64,000 nucleotides of DNA, taken from Lingula anatina (Eukaryota; Animalia; Brachiopoda). Every line of letters begins with the position of its first letter. Position 1 is the first letter of the stretch. This document shows positions 1 to 12,671 of this stretch, piece after piece. The DNA is taken from positions 42,634,788 through 42,698,787 of the forward strand of contig CM120640.1 in the NCBI GenBank assembly GCA_051362555.1, given 5' to 3'. Position numbers and translations under genes: made by a program. Below the pieces are notes generated by a model. The model was given only the letters and a program-made list of their open reading frames with translations, searched no databases and was not told where the DNA came from.

Positions 1-1180
1 CAAACATTAAAAATTATAAATTCAATGCTTTTTTCTGGAACAACAAAAAGAAGGGGGCAGATTTTTATTATTCTTTTATATTATTTTATTTTTTTAATTT
101 TTTAAGCTTCAATGAAATTTTTGTGCCAAGGAGATTCTCCAGAGGATGCAGTTAATTAGGCAAAGCAGGTGTAAATGAGCTGCTGCAGTGGATATTTGGG
201 AATTTTTTGTCATTTCTATTTTGAATGTGTTATTTGATACAAAAATAAAAATTCTTAGCAAATATAGAATGAGTAAAGCCATACTTCATTGGTAGTTTGT
301 AAGATAAGTATATCCACATAACCTGAGGATAATTCTCAATTCAGTTTGCCTGCATTATTTGTTGTGAATTTTGATCATATTTAGATAATTCAACTTGATA
401 CCAATTTTAGTTGTATAGTAAAAAATAAAAAAATGCTTCTCACTCTTAGAGGAAAATACAATGAAACCTATTCAGCTAAGGTTTATTCTGACAGAAGGCA
501 ATAATTATGAAGAAGAAGAAGAATGTCATGTAGTGTTTTTCATGGTTACAGTATACACATGGCTGCTTTTTCTTTTTGATTTGCAAGGACAGGCTGTGAT
601 TAACTATTGCATTCATTTATATTAAGATAAAAGCACACACTCTAATTCTAATGAACAAAACAAGGCAGATAACTGTCTGGTGTGCTTTGATGATTTAATT
701 AGATTAAGAATATGATGGTGATTGTGACGTGTTTCTAATTGGGATGATACGTTTTCATCAAAATTGACAGCATAAATATAATTATTGTTCATTGATGTAA
801 TAACTTAGCAATCCAGTTTTCAAAACAGATTTATAGCTGTTTAATTGTTCATAACAGTGGTTAGGTAAGTAGATTTACATTTCACATAAGAAGTAACATA
901 AATATGTTTTATGGACCAGTTTTCTTTGCATAATAAATTATTTATCTAAAATGATCTAAGTATTTTGTTCCTAAGTAAAGAACAGTACCTGATACATGAA
1001 TTATATGTATATATACCAGAAAGCACTAGCTCTGCATTGCTACAGTATTTACATACCCACAATTGATGAGAAGAAAAGGTCATATGCAAACTTATGTTTA
1101 AGAAAAAAGTTTTATGTCGCTATTGAGTTCATCAGATATTTTTTTTGTCTTGTTATTCAGAAGAACCTAAGGTTTAAAAC

Positions 1181-1185
<5 letters not shown>

Positions 1186-1216
<31 letters not shown>
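1186..1216. repeat. (CT)n microsatellite
   Basis: Pure TC dinucleotide run in the sarcoglycan intron. Confidence 0.95.
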
Positions 1217-1219
<3 letters not shown>

Positions 1220-1664
1220 TAGAAAACAGAATTATAATTTGTGCACATTAGTACTCTAAATGAGGTTTGAAATTTTGTTATATTTTTCTTTACTTTGACC
1301 ATCACTAGCTTATCTTTTCCATCTAGCTAATAGAATTGGTAAAATAGGACCATATTTGGAAGAGTAATTCCTTTTGTGAACACCACAAATTTGATCTAAA
1401 ACATGTTGTTGAAATATATGTTTAAAGACAAGTTGTTTGACTGGGCACTTTCTTGGACATATTGCTATTGATTATCAATTATTAGTTGTTTGAAAAGAAA
1501 ACCTCCAGGGTGCCTACTGCTCTGATGTACTAAATCACAAAAAGACAAACATCCTATAGTGTAATAAGCTCTGGGTGGTACAAGTAAATGAAGAAAAAAG
1601 CTAAAACAAGTTCAGTCATAAACCTTCCTGCAGTTAGAAACAACTCTTCCTTTCACCACTCTCA

Positions 1665-1670
<6 letters not shown>

Positions 1671-1717
<47 letters not shown>
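1671..1717. repeat. (CT)n microsatellite
   Basis: Pure CT run of about 23 units. Confidence 0.95.
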
Positions 1718-1720
<3 letters not shown>

Positions 1721-2192
1721 CTGCCCAAACAGCAGTTGCTTTCAGCTTTTCCTGCCAGAGGTAGATAAAAATGATGAGATTAACAACTCCTTGGAGGAAA
1801 CATCAACTATCTAAATTCAATTGTTTTTTAGATTTCCCATTAAGATCCAAAACCATTATGATACTTTTGAGGTGGCCGGAATCTCTCTCTCTGTAGAGCC
1901 CGTTGGTCTGGGTCAATCTGGAGAGTAAGCTGTCAAACCAGGGGGTCAGGTGGAGGTTACGGCACCATCATTTCAAATAGATTTCTCATTAAATTCCAGT
2001 TTTTCTGTTCTGTTACTTCATGCTAATAGCTTTAGGGCCAAGGTCATGTGATAAGAGCGCACTTGGGGTCCCACAAGTCGAACAACATTCAGATTACACT
2101 CTGTATTGCTGCAGAGCTTGAGGGATGATGACTAAAAGTACTGGAGAGTTTAGTTTCTGGTGCTTGTATACGTAGGTGTGTATTACTCTGTG

Positions 2193-2350
2193 GGGCCATT
2201 CAGAATAGGGGACTAACTAGTCCGAGGATCAAATATGGCCGACCCAAGGGGTATCTATTCAGTCCCTATTAGCGGATTAGACAGCAAGCTTTGTAGTAGG
2301 TCACCATATTTGACCCTCGGACTAGTAAGTCCCTGATTCTGAATGGGTCC
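2193..2350. mobile_element. Short foldback / MITE-like element with ~50-bp terminal inverted repeats
   Basis: The left arm GGGCCATTCAGAATAGGGGACTAACTAGTCCGAGGATCAAATATGGCCGACC (2193-2244) matches the reverse complement of 2299-2350 with only a few mismatches. No ORF; target-site duplication is unclear. Confidence 0.65.
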
Positions 2351-5300
2351 TATGTCCAAAAAAAACTTTGAACCTCTGAAAGGCAGTTTGGATATGTTCA
2401 AGAGATAATGTGGCATTTATGGTGAATCTTTGTGCATTTTGTTCCTGTTGGGTCCAAAAGAATCACATGAGCTTACATACAGTTACATGAGGTAATTACA
2501 TTACAAAACATGCCAAATTGAGAGAATGAGGTTGGTGCAAGAGCACCATCACCATGAATAAATTGAGGTCCTGCTGTATTATAAGTGATAGCTTGACTGA
2601 AGAACTGTTAAGCTATTGGGTTAACTGCATGCCCATAATCTGAATCTTAATTTTGTATTCTCCTTGGTGACCATGTCTCATCTATCAAGGGTCTCTCTCT
2701 AACCGAGATATAATGCTTTACTTGGGCCTAATTTTCAACTGAGGATTATTGGGGTGAAGAATACTTCTAGTTAAGTAAGAAAGAAAGAAGTTCAGTAAAA
2801 CAAATGATACAGTAATTACCTAAAATTTTCAAATGCCTCACTTTCAGATATCTTACATGGTCAAGGTCCATCATTTTATGAGTTGAAGATGCTCACAAAA
2901 ATGTACTTTGTGATACTAAAAAATCTAGCTTATGTTTTGAAACTTTTGAATCAACATTTTAAAGTATACTGCTTACTAACAAACCATTTTTTGAGGAGGA
3001 GAGGGCATATTATATAATCCTTGTTGAATTTTTTTGTGTGATTACCATAGAGCTAGCAGTAAGGAATGGAACCTCACAAGCAGGAACATTTTGTATTCTC
3101 GTCACCTTTTAGATAAATGCAAGTCTAAAATATGTGTCTTAGCAACTGTTTTCCTCTATTTGTAATATGCATGAAGAAACAGTGAAAATCAAATGAAAAT
3201 GAAATTAAAATGGCAAATTTGTGTTAACAATTCTTCCCAAACAAGATCAGGCCTTATAAAGGGATTAGGCATTTGCAAACCCCAACCTCAGATTTGTGAG
3301 CCCGAATGCCCAAATTAACGAAAGGACTCAAGGACAAATTAAGAACTTGAACATAAAAATACTAGCCACAACCACAATGCTTGGAACCATGTGTGAGGCC
3401 TGAAGATTGAGAATAGGCAAATTTACTCTTTAATATGTACTGAGGGGGTATACGTAGGAATTAGAAACAATATATGGGTGTCTGTTTTTCTAAATATGCT
3501 ATTTTACAAAAAATAATAATCATATTTGACTTGTTTTGATGCAGAAAATGGAAATAGATTGTTTCTATACTTATTTCTCTCTACTTCCTGTTTACTTTTT
3601 CTATAAATAAACTGCTGATTGAAAAATATATCAATTCTCAGCTGCCACTGCCATAAATGTAATGAGTGGGTTGATATTGCCATGAGAGCCAGCTATAATT
3701 GTGCCAAGGAACATTTGAGTTTGTTACAGACTGCAGATTGGTTTCAAGGATAAGCAAGTTGAAAATTTGGACATTTTTATTGATATATTTGAAACATATT
3801 GAATAGAAAAATAGTCCACCTGGAGGTATTAGTACCTGACATGTACCTTAGGACTGTGATCAAGTTATATCAAATGTGATGGAAAAAAAAAGAAATTATG
3901 AAACTTAAAGTTAAACTATTTTAAGATCTAAAAAATGTCAAAAGTAGCTTAAAAGCAATGTCTGCAATAATATTTTTTATCCTCATTCTTCAGTTATTAC
4001 CCAAACCCTTCAGCCATATTAATGCCTGTTGACATAGTCTATGTTTTGTAATCATCCATATTCAAAGTTTTATTTGTATAGAACCCCCTCACGTTTGTAC
4101 ATTTGAAGTACTTGCATCATTTTGTAATTTTGTTATCTACAGGAGGATGATAAATCCAGTGGCACATTAGTGTTAATACCAAGCTGAACACTTCCAAATG
4201 ACTACATATATCTTCCTTGTGGTGAAAAGTAGCATGCTATTATGTGTAATGAGACTTTGGTTGATTCTGATGCTAAACTTGGTTCCAAAAGCTGTTCATT
4301 AACCATCTCCACGCTGTGCTAGTGAAAGTGCAATATTTCATCCAAGTTATCTTGTTGACAGAAGGCCTGTAGTTTAAAGGGGGGTTCTGAAAAAGTGGAC
4401 CCTTTACCATAAAACATCTGTACAGGTATTGTTTGAGATAATGGCAATGAACCAGGTCAAATTTTGATTCATAACTTGCTTTTTCCCAGGCCAAAATGGT
4501 ACCTTCAAATACCTCTCCCCCTCTCCCATAGCCCTGGACAGGGACATATCTTCCCAGGCCTGGGCAATGGTACCAATATAGAATATTCTGCCAAACTTGC
4601 ATTCACATATTGAAATGACCCCAGAATCAATTACAAGGGTCAGTATACATCAAAAAACAGAGATAAATCTCAATAGATCAATATTTCTCTTATTTCTCCT
4701 ATATATATACGTCTATCTACCTTAAAACCAGTACGTGTGTCCAAATGCCACTGCCAATGATTTCAGACTTGAGGATCAAAGGACATCTTGGTAGCATGCA
4801 TGTTCTATGCACTTCCAGTTGTGAAAGAGGATCTGATCATGCATCTATCACTTCTTGATAATATCCAATATCTGAAGTTTAGGGGATAAAAGTCCAAATG
4901 ACTTATTTTATGGAAGTCCATCAACCACTATTATTGCACCTATCAATATGTTTCTTAAGTTTGATGATTTAATTGAACTAGTGCCACTTAATCCATTTTG
5001 TTCCCTTGAGAATGGTCCTGCACTAAGCTGCTACAAGTGCCCAGGCAACAAGTACTGTTCGCAGTTGGCAGCATACAAACTAGCCAGACCAATTAATTAT
5101 CCTATCCCCTATTGACCCATACAGGTCTTCAGTCAGAACACTGGTTAGATATGCTGGCAAGCAAATTTATTCTCTTGAGCTAATTTCTTCAAGTGGTGTG
5201 ATCATTTCATTGCAATTGCCTGGACTCCTACCATTGGTTGGTTTAATTTGTCGAGTCTGTGCGACCATCTCCATAAAATTTTGTATTAACGTGATCTGAT

Positions 5301-5536
5301 TTATGTGGTTTATAAAAGAGGTTTGGCCAACACCATGTTATTTTGCTGATTGGACACTTCCATACAAAATTTTGTCAGGATCAACCTTGGTATTTCTTTG
5401 AAGATTTTTTTTTAGTGAAAGCTAGCAGTAGTTTTACCAAGTTGGTTGTATACTACTGACTGATTACAATATTTATCCTAAAAATCTTTTATCAATGCAT
5501 TTTTTTGTTTATTCACAGTTGTTCTTTTAACTTCAG

Positions 5537-8500
5537 GACCCCTTGCTGTACAGAACGGAAACCCCAAACATCCCAGTTGTTCATCCTGATGGGAATTTCC
5601 AAATCCTCACAGAATCTCCTGCTCCCAGACAAGATTTGACAGTCCCTTTCATTCTGATCATAGTACTGCCATGTGTGATTGGCATCCTGCTGTGCCTGGT
5701 GCTGAGTTATATCATGTTTGGAAGAAGACAGGGAGTGCAAGTATCCACCAGCCAACCCCACCCCCTCCCCTCAGCTTGCACCTCAATTAAAAACATAGAA
5801 ACAAAGCAAAGAAACATAATATGGAGGTTTTGCAAATGTTGAAAAATTAAGCAATGGTATTGCAAACTATGTTATCGCTTAATGCCCAGCCCCGCTTTTG
5901 CATTGTTTTATACCTTTTAGATCAAATATCAAATATGAATTTTGTTCATGTGAATTTAACACACCTTTGGAACTTATTTTACTGTTTTGGGGTAATGAAG
6001 ATATTTTTTGTTTTTTCAATTGCCTTCATGAAGCTCATTTTTTCACCAATGTCAACACTTACCATCCATCTTCAGAAATGACACATTTATGACTTCTAAT
6101 GATTTCGTGCTGTATTATGTGTGTGAAAATGCTCTACAAAGTAGGTTTTTTGTACTTTTGTTGTTTGCGAAACCTCCCCAGCTGTTATCAGAAGGGTGAT
6201 AATTCCTCTATTTCTCAGCATGAAAGATGTCATCAACATTACATGAAAGAGTGATCATAGGTCATATTCCATTAAAAGCTTTTGCAAATTTTAGTTAATA
6301 GTATCAGTTTTAATCCTGTCACCTTGACAATTAGTTTCCATGGACAACAATGAGAGCAGTTGGTATAACCATGATTTAGGTACATGCTTAGATTCCTTAC
6401 ATGTATTTGCTTACAGTACTATGGGCTAGCCAAAAACATGGAATCCAAAGATAATACAAACATTTTTAATGGATGTTAAATACGTAGGCCACAAAATTTG
6501 AGAGAACAGTTTTCATATTGTGTGACCAGACCGCCCTTGCATGAACACGTTCAACTTCCTCACACCTACAATTGAACACGATATTAAGAAATCGGATTAA
6601 TCATGCACAAAGGTAATGGTTAACTTTGACATTCCGAGCCGTCCATGCAGACGGCAGACATTTCCTGGAAACTACTAATTAGTATACATTCACACCACCA
6701 GTCCACTTTGATGTCAGTGTTGGCTAATTTATAAAGAGCGTCATCATCTTCTCATCTTGTTAAGACCGACAGGGTATAACACACAAATAACACGATTTCA
6801 TTTATTTTCAGCAGGAAGAGAAATGCAGGGACAACAGAGTAAGTGATCTCTGCAGGATATTAGTTGTCATCACAGAGGCAGACTAGTGCCTATATTTACA
6901 TTCGAAATGACAAGTGGGGCATAAAACTGTGGATGTTGAGGAATTCAGCTGCCACGATTTATCTGATGGGGACATTTATAGATATAAATATTGAGGCTAT
7001 TTTTTCAAATAATAACTTCAGGAATGATGAATTGTTTCAGTGTAGAGGAATACCTTGTATGCCATATTAGGTCTATTTAGACATGACTAATTCCATAGAA
7101 CCAAGTTTTTTTAATAATTCTTAAACCTACCAGCAAATGGCCAAACAATTTGCTGTTGGTTTAATGGTCAGAGACTGCCCTTTTCACAACAGTTAAGAGT
7201 TGAAAGGACAGAGGGGAGTTGGGCAAAGACATTCTGAATTTTTTTTCTTAAGCATTGGACCATGATACATGGTTCAAACTTTGACTTAATCTTATCTTGT
7301 ATCAGTCCACACACCAGGAGGTATCAAGGGAGTAGAGTGTACATATAGCAGTTATTAACCAGATTATCCCCACATATTCTTTGTGATATACACTCTGATC
7401 GACTGTCTGATGATTATTTAAATGTAAAATTTAACAAAAAGTTATTTCTGAACAACCACCAAGTAAAAGCCAGATATCTCAATCATAATCTTCTGCAGCA
7501 ATTTCAGTGATTATTGTCTTCATTTCTAGTCATCAACTTCAGCAGTTTGTGTCCATTAAGAAGGCCACCAGCAACCTGCGCCAGATGTCACACAAGAGGC
7601 AGGAGTCCATGCCGGGCACTCCGGTGTCTTCGTCACATTTCCGTCCACAGGGACAGTCCACTCCTGTGGGTAACACGCCTGGATATACTCCGCCATCACT
7701 CAGGTAAACTGCAAAAACTTCGCACCACTTGTTTTTCTTTTCTGGTGGAGGTGCGAGTGTTTTGAATGAATGAATTATTTTTAAGACTTGAGATCACATT
7801 AAATGCGCAGACCTCTTCAACGGAAAAGGGCAATGAAAGTCCTTTTGAAAAATGTTATGATTTTCAAACTCATGACAGTTGAAATTGTAAATTCAACTTT
7901 CCCTTTGAAATAGCTGTCTATCCTGTAAATTTCATCAAAGTTTGTGAAGAACTATTTGAGATCTCCACAGACAATCCAACCAAATCCAATGAAAATATGA
8001 CCTCCTTTATTAGCAGAGGTAAAAAAAGAACTTTTTCATGATTTATTTTAAATGTTTATATACTCACCTGTATGATTTTTCACTATAGTAGCTGTATAGA
8101 TTATTTACTTATGTGCATAACATAACCATAACAACATCTGCAATTGACTGGTTTTCATTTGATTGATTTTTCCTTTGAATAAATTGCTGTATAGAGACAG
8201 TTTTGTAATGCACAAGATAATGTCGGCATTTTGTTTTGGTTCACGGCATTCAGTGAGGTTATGATTAAGATTAATGTTTATTTCATATGTAAATACCCGG
8301 CCAAGATTATACAGACTAGCAACAGTCCGGAAAGGCGAGATCATCTTATGATGATTTATTTTTAAAGCTCTTATGATTTATTTAACAACAGCATTGTGGC
8401 ATCATCATTAAGCACTTTGTCATGCATTTGAAGTCAGACACCAATATGATTTATCAATATACACTTATCCTATTTGGTAATCCATTAGTATCTTTCAGCC

Positions 8501-10037
8501 ACAACATTCTGTTGTAAATTCTGAGGAAGATAAAATAATAATAATAAATTGTCAATGCAGTTATAATTAACTGTAAAATGTGGTTTACGGGTTCTTGCAG
8601 GTCAGGACACGAAGGCTCTACTGTGGCGCCCCCGCCTTACAGATTACCTCCTGTCTACCCTCCCCATGATGCTTCACTCAGGTAAGACATGTAATACGTC
8701 ATACTCTATGATATTTCTCCTTTGCTGATGTAAGAAACATGTTGTAATAGAGTGTTTCACGTAGGTAAGGTTAAGGATAAGAGCTTGATGCCTTGCTCAT
8801 GGTCACAATACATTAAGTGCCTTGATGCCCAGAACATCACTAAAGCGAGATATTTAAAAAACTCATAATTGAAGTCTGATGTTTCACGCATGATGTGATG
8901 TTCAGCTCTGATGAGTTATGAATAAGCAAAAAGTAGATGATGTTACACTTGGCTGAGGTGGGAGTGATAGATTGGCTTTTCAATGCAGTTAGATGATTAG
9001 ATAATAGCAAATAAGGCAATATGTGTCATGTGTAACTTAAAGGTCACTTGTGTAATATTTTATATTGCTCACTGCTATATAAGGTGTTTTACATATCTGA
9101 AAAAAAATATACTTCTTTATGTAATGGTAAAAAAGAGGATTTGTTCAACATGCAATTGCCCCGTTGAACAGTTTGCTTCTTGGAGGATTTGTGGCAGAGG
9201 GGCGTCATAGTTTAGTGGTCAGTTTTCCAATGAATACAATTATTCCAGGTTATTTTGGATGATTCCAGTGCAGGTTATTATAAAAGCTGGCTGGTGATTA
9301 TTAGTGTTCTACAATTGTTATTTGTAGTCGTTGGCAATTTACTAGAGCCCAGGGGACATTCTTTTGTATTATGATTTCTTAAGGAAATAGGTTATTGACA
9401 TTTGGTGAATTCAATAAGCAATCCAAATTTTTGCAATTGTGTACATTTTTTGTCCCTTTGGAATAATTTACGTACTAAACTATTTTTGTAAACATATCTG
9501 AATGTTAACAGAGAGATTCTATTTTGAGATGTGTCCTATGTCCTTATCAAAGATTTTTTACCCCATTATCATCTGTTTTTTAACTTACCATTGTCATAGT
9601 AAATTTACATTGACAATGATAAGACATTTAGAGGGTGGGGATGAGGTCTGGGTTGCTGAGAGTCGTGTACTTGTAACCTCATTGTTGTTGATTGATGTTT
9701 GTGACATTGGAATTCATCCATATTTCATGTATATATCCAAAAATGATCCATTTGATGCATTTTTTGCTTTTGGCATTTAGATAGTTCATTTATTTGTCAC
9801 TTGAATTTTTTATGAACTCTGTTTCCTTTATTGTACTTTTTTATTTTTAGTCTGATTTAAAGAAATTCCTTGCACAACTTGTGATGTCCTACATAGCCAG
9901 TTCTTTCTTTATATTAATGTTATGCCTGTACAATTATACATTGTAATCAATTGTTTTCATGTCATTGTAGCCCCAGTCCAGTGACACCTACTGGTGGTGA
10001 ACGTACTGGTGACCAGGAACAACTGGTGTCTTCATAA
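5537..10037 (+). CDS. SGCE: Alpha/epsilon-sarcoglycan, 5'-partial; join(5537..5736,6812..6838,7530..7703,8601..8681,9971..10037)
   Basis: The spliced translation ...LTVPFILIIVLPCVIGILLCLVLSYIMFGRRQGV-RKRNAGTTD-HQLQQFVSIKKATSNLRQMSHKR... parallels the epsilon-sarcoglycan TM and juxtamembrane region ([44 protein letters not shown], recalled). All four introns are phase 2 with AG acceptors. Stop TAA at 10035-10037. No upstream exons were found in 1-5536. Probably the single invertebrate co-ortholog of SGCA/SGCE. Confidence 0.88.
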
Positions 10038-11770
10038 ACCATCTGTGTCACCAGGTCCCCAAAAGGCTTTGCCAAATGACACGAGATGGGAGAGAGGAAG
10101 CTTGTACCGAAGACAACAAATGACAGATGTGACCTAAGACTTTTGTTATTGCATCATGCATGATGATTATATTCAGAAGTATTGACTTGCATGTCTGAGA
10201 ACTAGCCTGATTGAGATTCAGATTCTGGCAGTTGCTCTTTTGAATTGACAGGGAACCAATCTGCTTTCAACATCTGACCTTTACCTTCTTTTCATTTAGT
10301 TTTTATTTCAGCTTTTACAAACCATTTCCACTCTCTGGATTTCAGACTTTGGGTATTAGGGGCCTGAGGCATCAGGGCTTTACTGATTTAGTGCTGGAGC
10401 TTATAAATTGAACCTCCTTCAACAACAGTGAAATGTAAATGAGAATATTTTGCACATAGTAAATGTTGCCCTTTCTTAAACACTAAAATGCTCTGGTATT
10501 GAATGCATTACTTCAGTGCATTATCTGCTATCTAACATGTACAATGTACATAGGGCAAGCTAAGAAAAATATAATAAACTATAACTAAAGGGTGCCCATT
10601 ATTTATCATCTTCTAATAGAAATTGTGCTTACACAATTATGCATCAAACAAGGATAGCAAATAGTTGATAGACAAACCCATAGAGAGGTAAAGTAATGCA
10701 AATTGATGGATGTTTACATTGAACTCTTTCATGGTATTGATGTAAAACGTTTAGAAGAAATGGTGACACTGTAAGAAAGAAGAAAACACTGCTCTCTGTA
10801 CATAAATGCCAAGTTTTAACTTATTCTCATATTTTAATTGATATTTAATGTTAAATTGGTCTTCTTATTAAACAGTACATGAAAATGCATGTATTTTAGG
10901 TGTAATGTATTGGGATTATGTTATCTTCAATATTGTTACAGAGGTGACATTTTGTAGCAATTGCGTTGTGATAGAGGCGACATCTTGTAGCAATTGTTTT
11001 TACTTCTCTAGAACAATTAGTTTTCAAGGAAAGGAATGAGTAACCATATGTTATTTATGGATGTTAAGTCATTTTAGACCATGCATCTTTGCCAAACTTT
11101 TTTGTCACTTTGAACTATTTTCCAGTTTTTTGAAAGATTTACTTTTCTGTTAGTTATTTACCAAAATGCTCATCCTAGAGTCTTTTCCTATGAATTTGTG
11201 TTCTTACACTCCAAAACATCAGTCTGATGGTTATTTCTTCAAAATCTTTATCATTTAATAACAAAAAAATCATAAGAATGAACTATAACTGCCATGTTGC
11301 AGTTAATCGGTGTCACAGCATTTTACATGTGTTAATGAATATAATAAACAGTTACCTCAACCAAGGAGGCCATGTTTTGACTTGATCTATTAGTTAACAG
11401 ACTAACTGAATATGTTATGGACAGGTTTTGACCAAATTTTCAATTTAATTTTTACCATTACATGAGTGTTATTAAGGTCCCACTGTTTATTAAGTATTCA
11501 GACTATCTAGTGTTTCCCTCATGTTACTCCTATGTACATGTGTATTGTCTGCCCAGTCTGCTCCAGCCATCCTGAATGTAGAACTGAAGCTGAAAGGGAA
11601 AAGTGGAATTGAATAAGTTAATGTAGTATTTATTAAATTGTTAACCTGAGCTTCATGAGCGTATCTTCTTTTTGAAAGTAAAATGTTCTCCGCTACAAAA
11701 AAAAGTATGAGGGAATTTTAATTATTTTCCTTTATCATCAAACTGTTGACAAAATAATCCTCTGCCCGCG

Positions 11771-11825
11771 TTTTTTTTTTTTATTTTTTTTTTTTATTTT
11801 TTTTTTTATTTTTTTTTTTTTTTTT
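11771..11825. repeat. Interrupted poly(T) tract
   Basis: About 55 nt of T interrupted by three A residues. Confidence 0.9.
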
Positions 11826-12528
11826 AGTATGGAGTTGTTATTGTTCACTTTAATTCGATCTCTGTCTTCATTACTAGAATGCATTTAAACTTTTGCACTT
11901 ATGTATTTCAAAACGATATTTATATTTTTTAATGAGATAGCATTTGAAATCTGTATATGTACACGGCACCTTTCTTTACGTTAAATTTAACAATGTTAGG
12001 TGACAAAACATATGTATCTTGGATTGTTTGTATACGTTTTATGTCATAATGCCTTAATTCTCGTTTTGTGGTTAAATGTATAAATAAATATTCGGCTCAA
12101 CAAAGAGTAAATCTAATGGGGTTTTATTCCTGAATAATGAACATGCATGAATTGTTTAGATTATCAGTAAAATAGCTGAAATCTGAACTATTAAACAATG
12201 TACTTGATGCTTCATGTTCGTCAGCCGTTGAGATTTAACACTCGACTGCTCTTGACAGTAATTGTCACATATCACTGGGTGTTTTAATCGTAAAAGGAGA
12301 TGTTCTAAGTTGATTACTTTAATTTTATCGATCTGTTTTTATTGTAACCGGCATCCGATAGAAACATTGGAAATACTGGTATTATTGGATTTGGACGTGT
12401 ATCTTGACTGATACATGTAGGATGTCATTCTCTGCGTTCAAAATATTTTGTTACAACCTTGATTTATCAATTAAATGGAAACATTTGCATTGAATTTCAT
12501 TTAAAAAAGAGACAGAAAAGTCAATAAC

Positions 12529-12626
12529 GACGTTCTATGGCACGACGTAACGTCACGTCTCAAATACGTCACATCTACTGTGACGTTAACCCGCACGGTG
12601 ACATACAGTCTTAACGACAGGTCATC
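12529..12626 (+). promoter_or_regulatory. ACGT/CRE half-site cluster upstream of paralog A
   Basis: Six ACGT cores in ~60 bp, including the inverted pair ACGTCACA-N5-TGTGACGT. The block is conserved upstream of paralog B while the sequence further upstream diverges. Confidence 0.55.
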
Positions 12627-12671
12627 TTGAGAAGCACGTCTCTTTTGACCAAACCTGTAATCCTACTCAAA

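Noticed and set aside
4273-4602. 109-aa minus-strand ORF and the many other 60-140 aa ORFs in introns and intergenic DNA
   Set aside because: No domain signal, no consistent splice chain, and often non-ATG starts; expected by chance.
5741-5748. U12-type donor-like GTATCCAC
   Set aside because: Deviates from GTATCCTT and is in the wrong phase for the conserved downstream exons.
7150-7230. tRNA/SINE-like A-box (TGGTTTAATGG...CTTTTCAC)
   Set aside because: No B-box/T-arm and no acceptor stem pairing.
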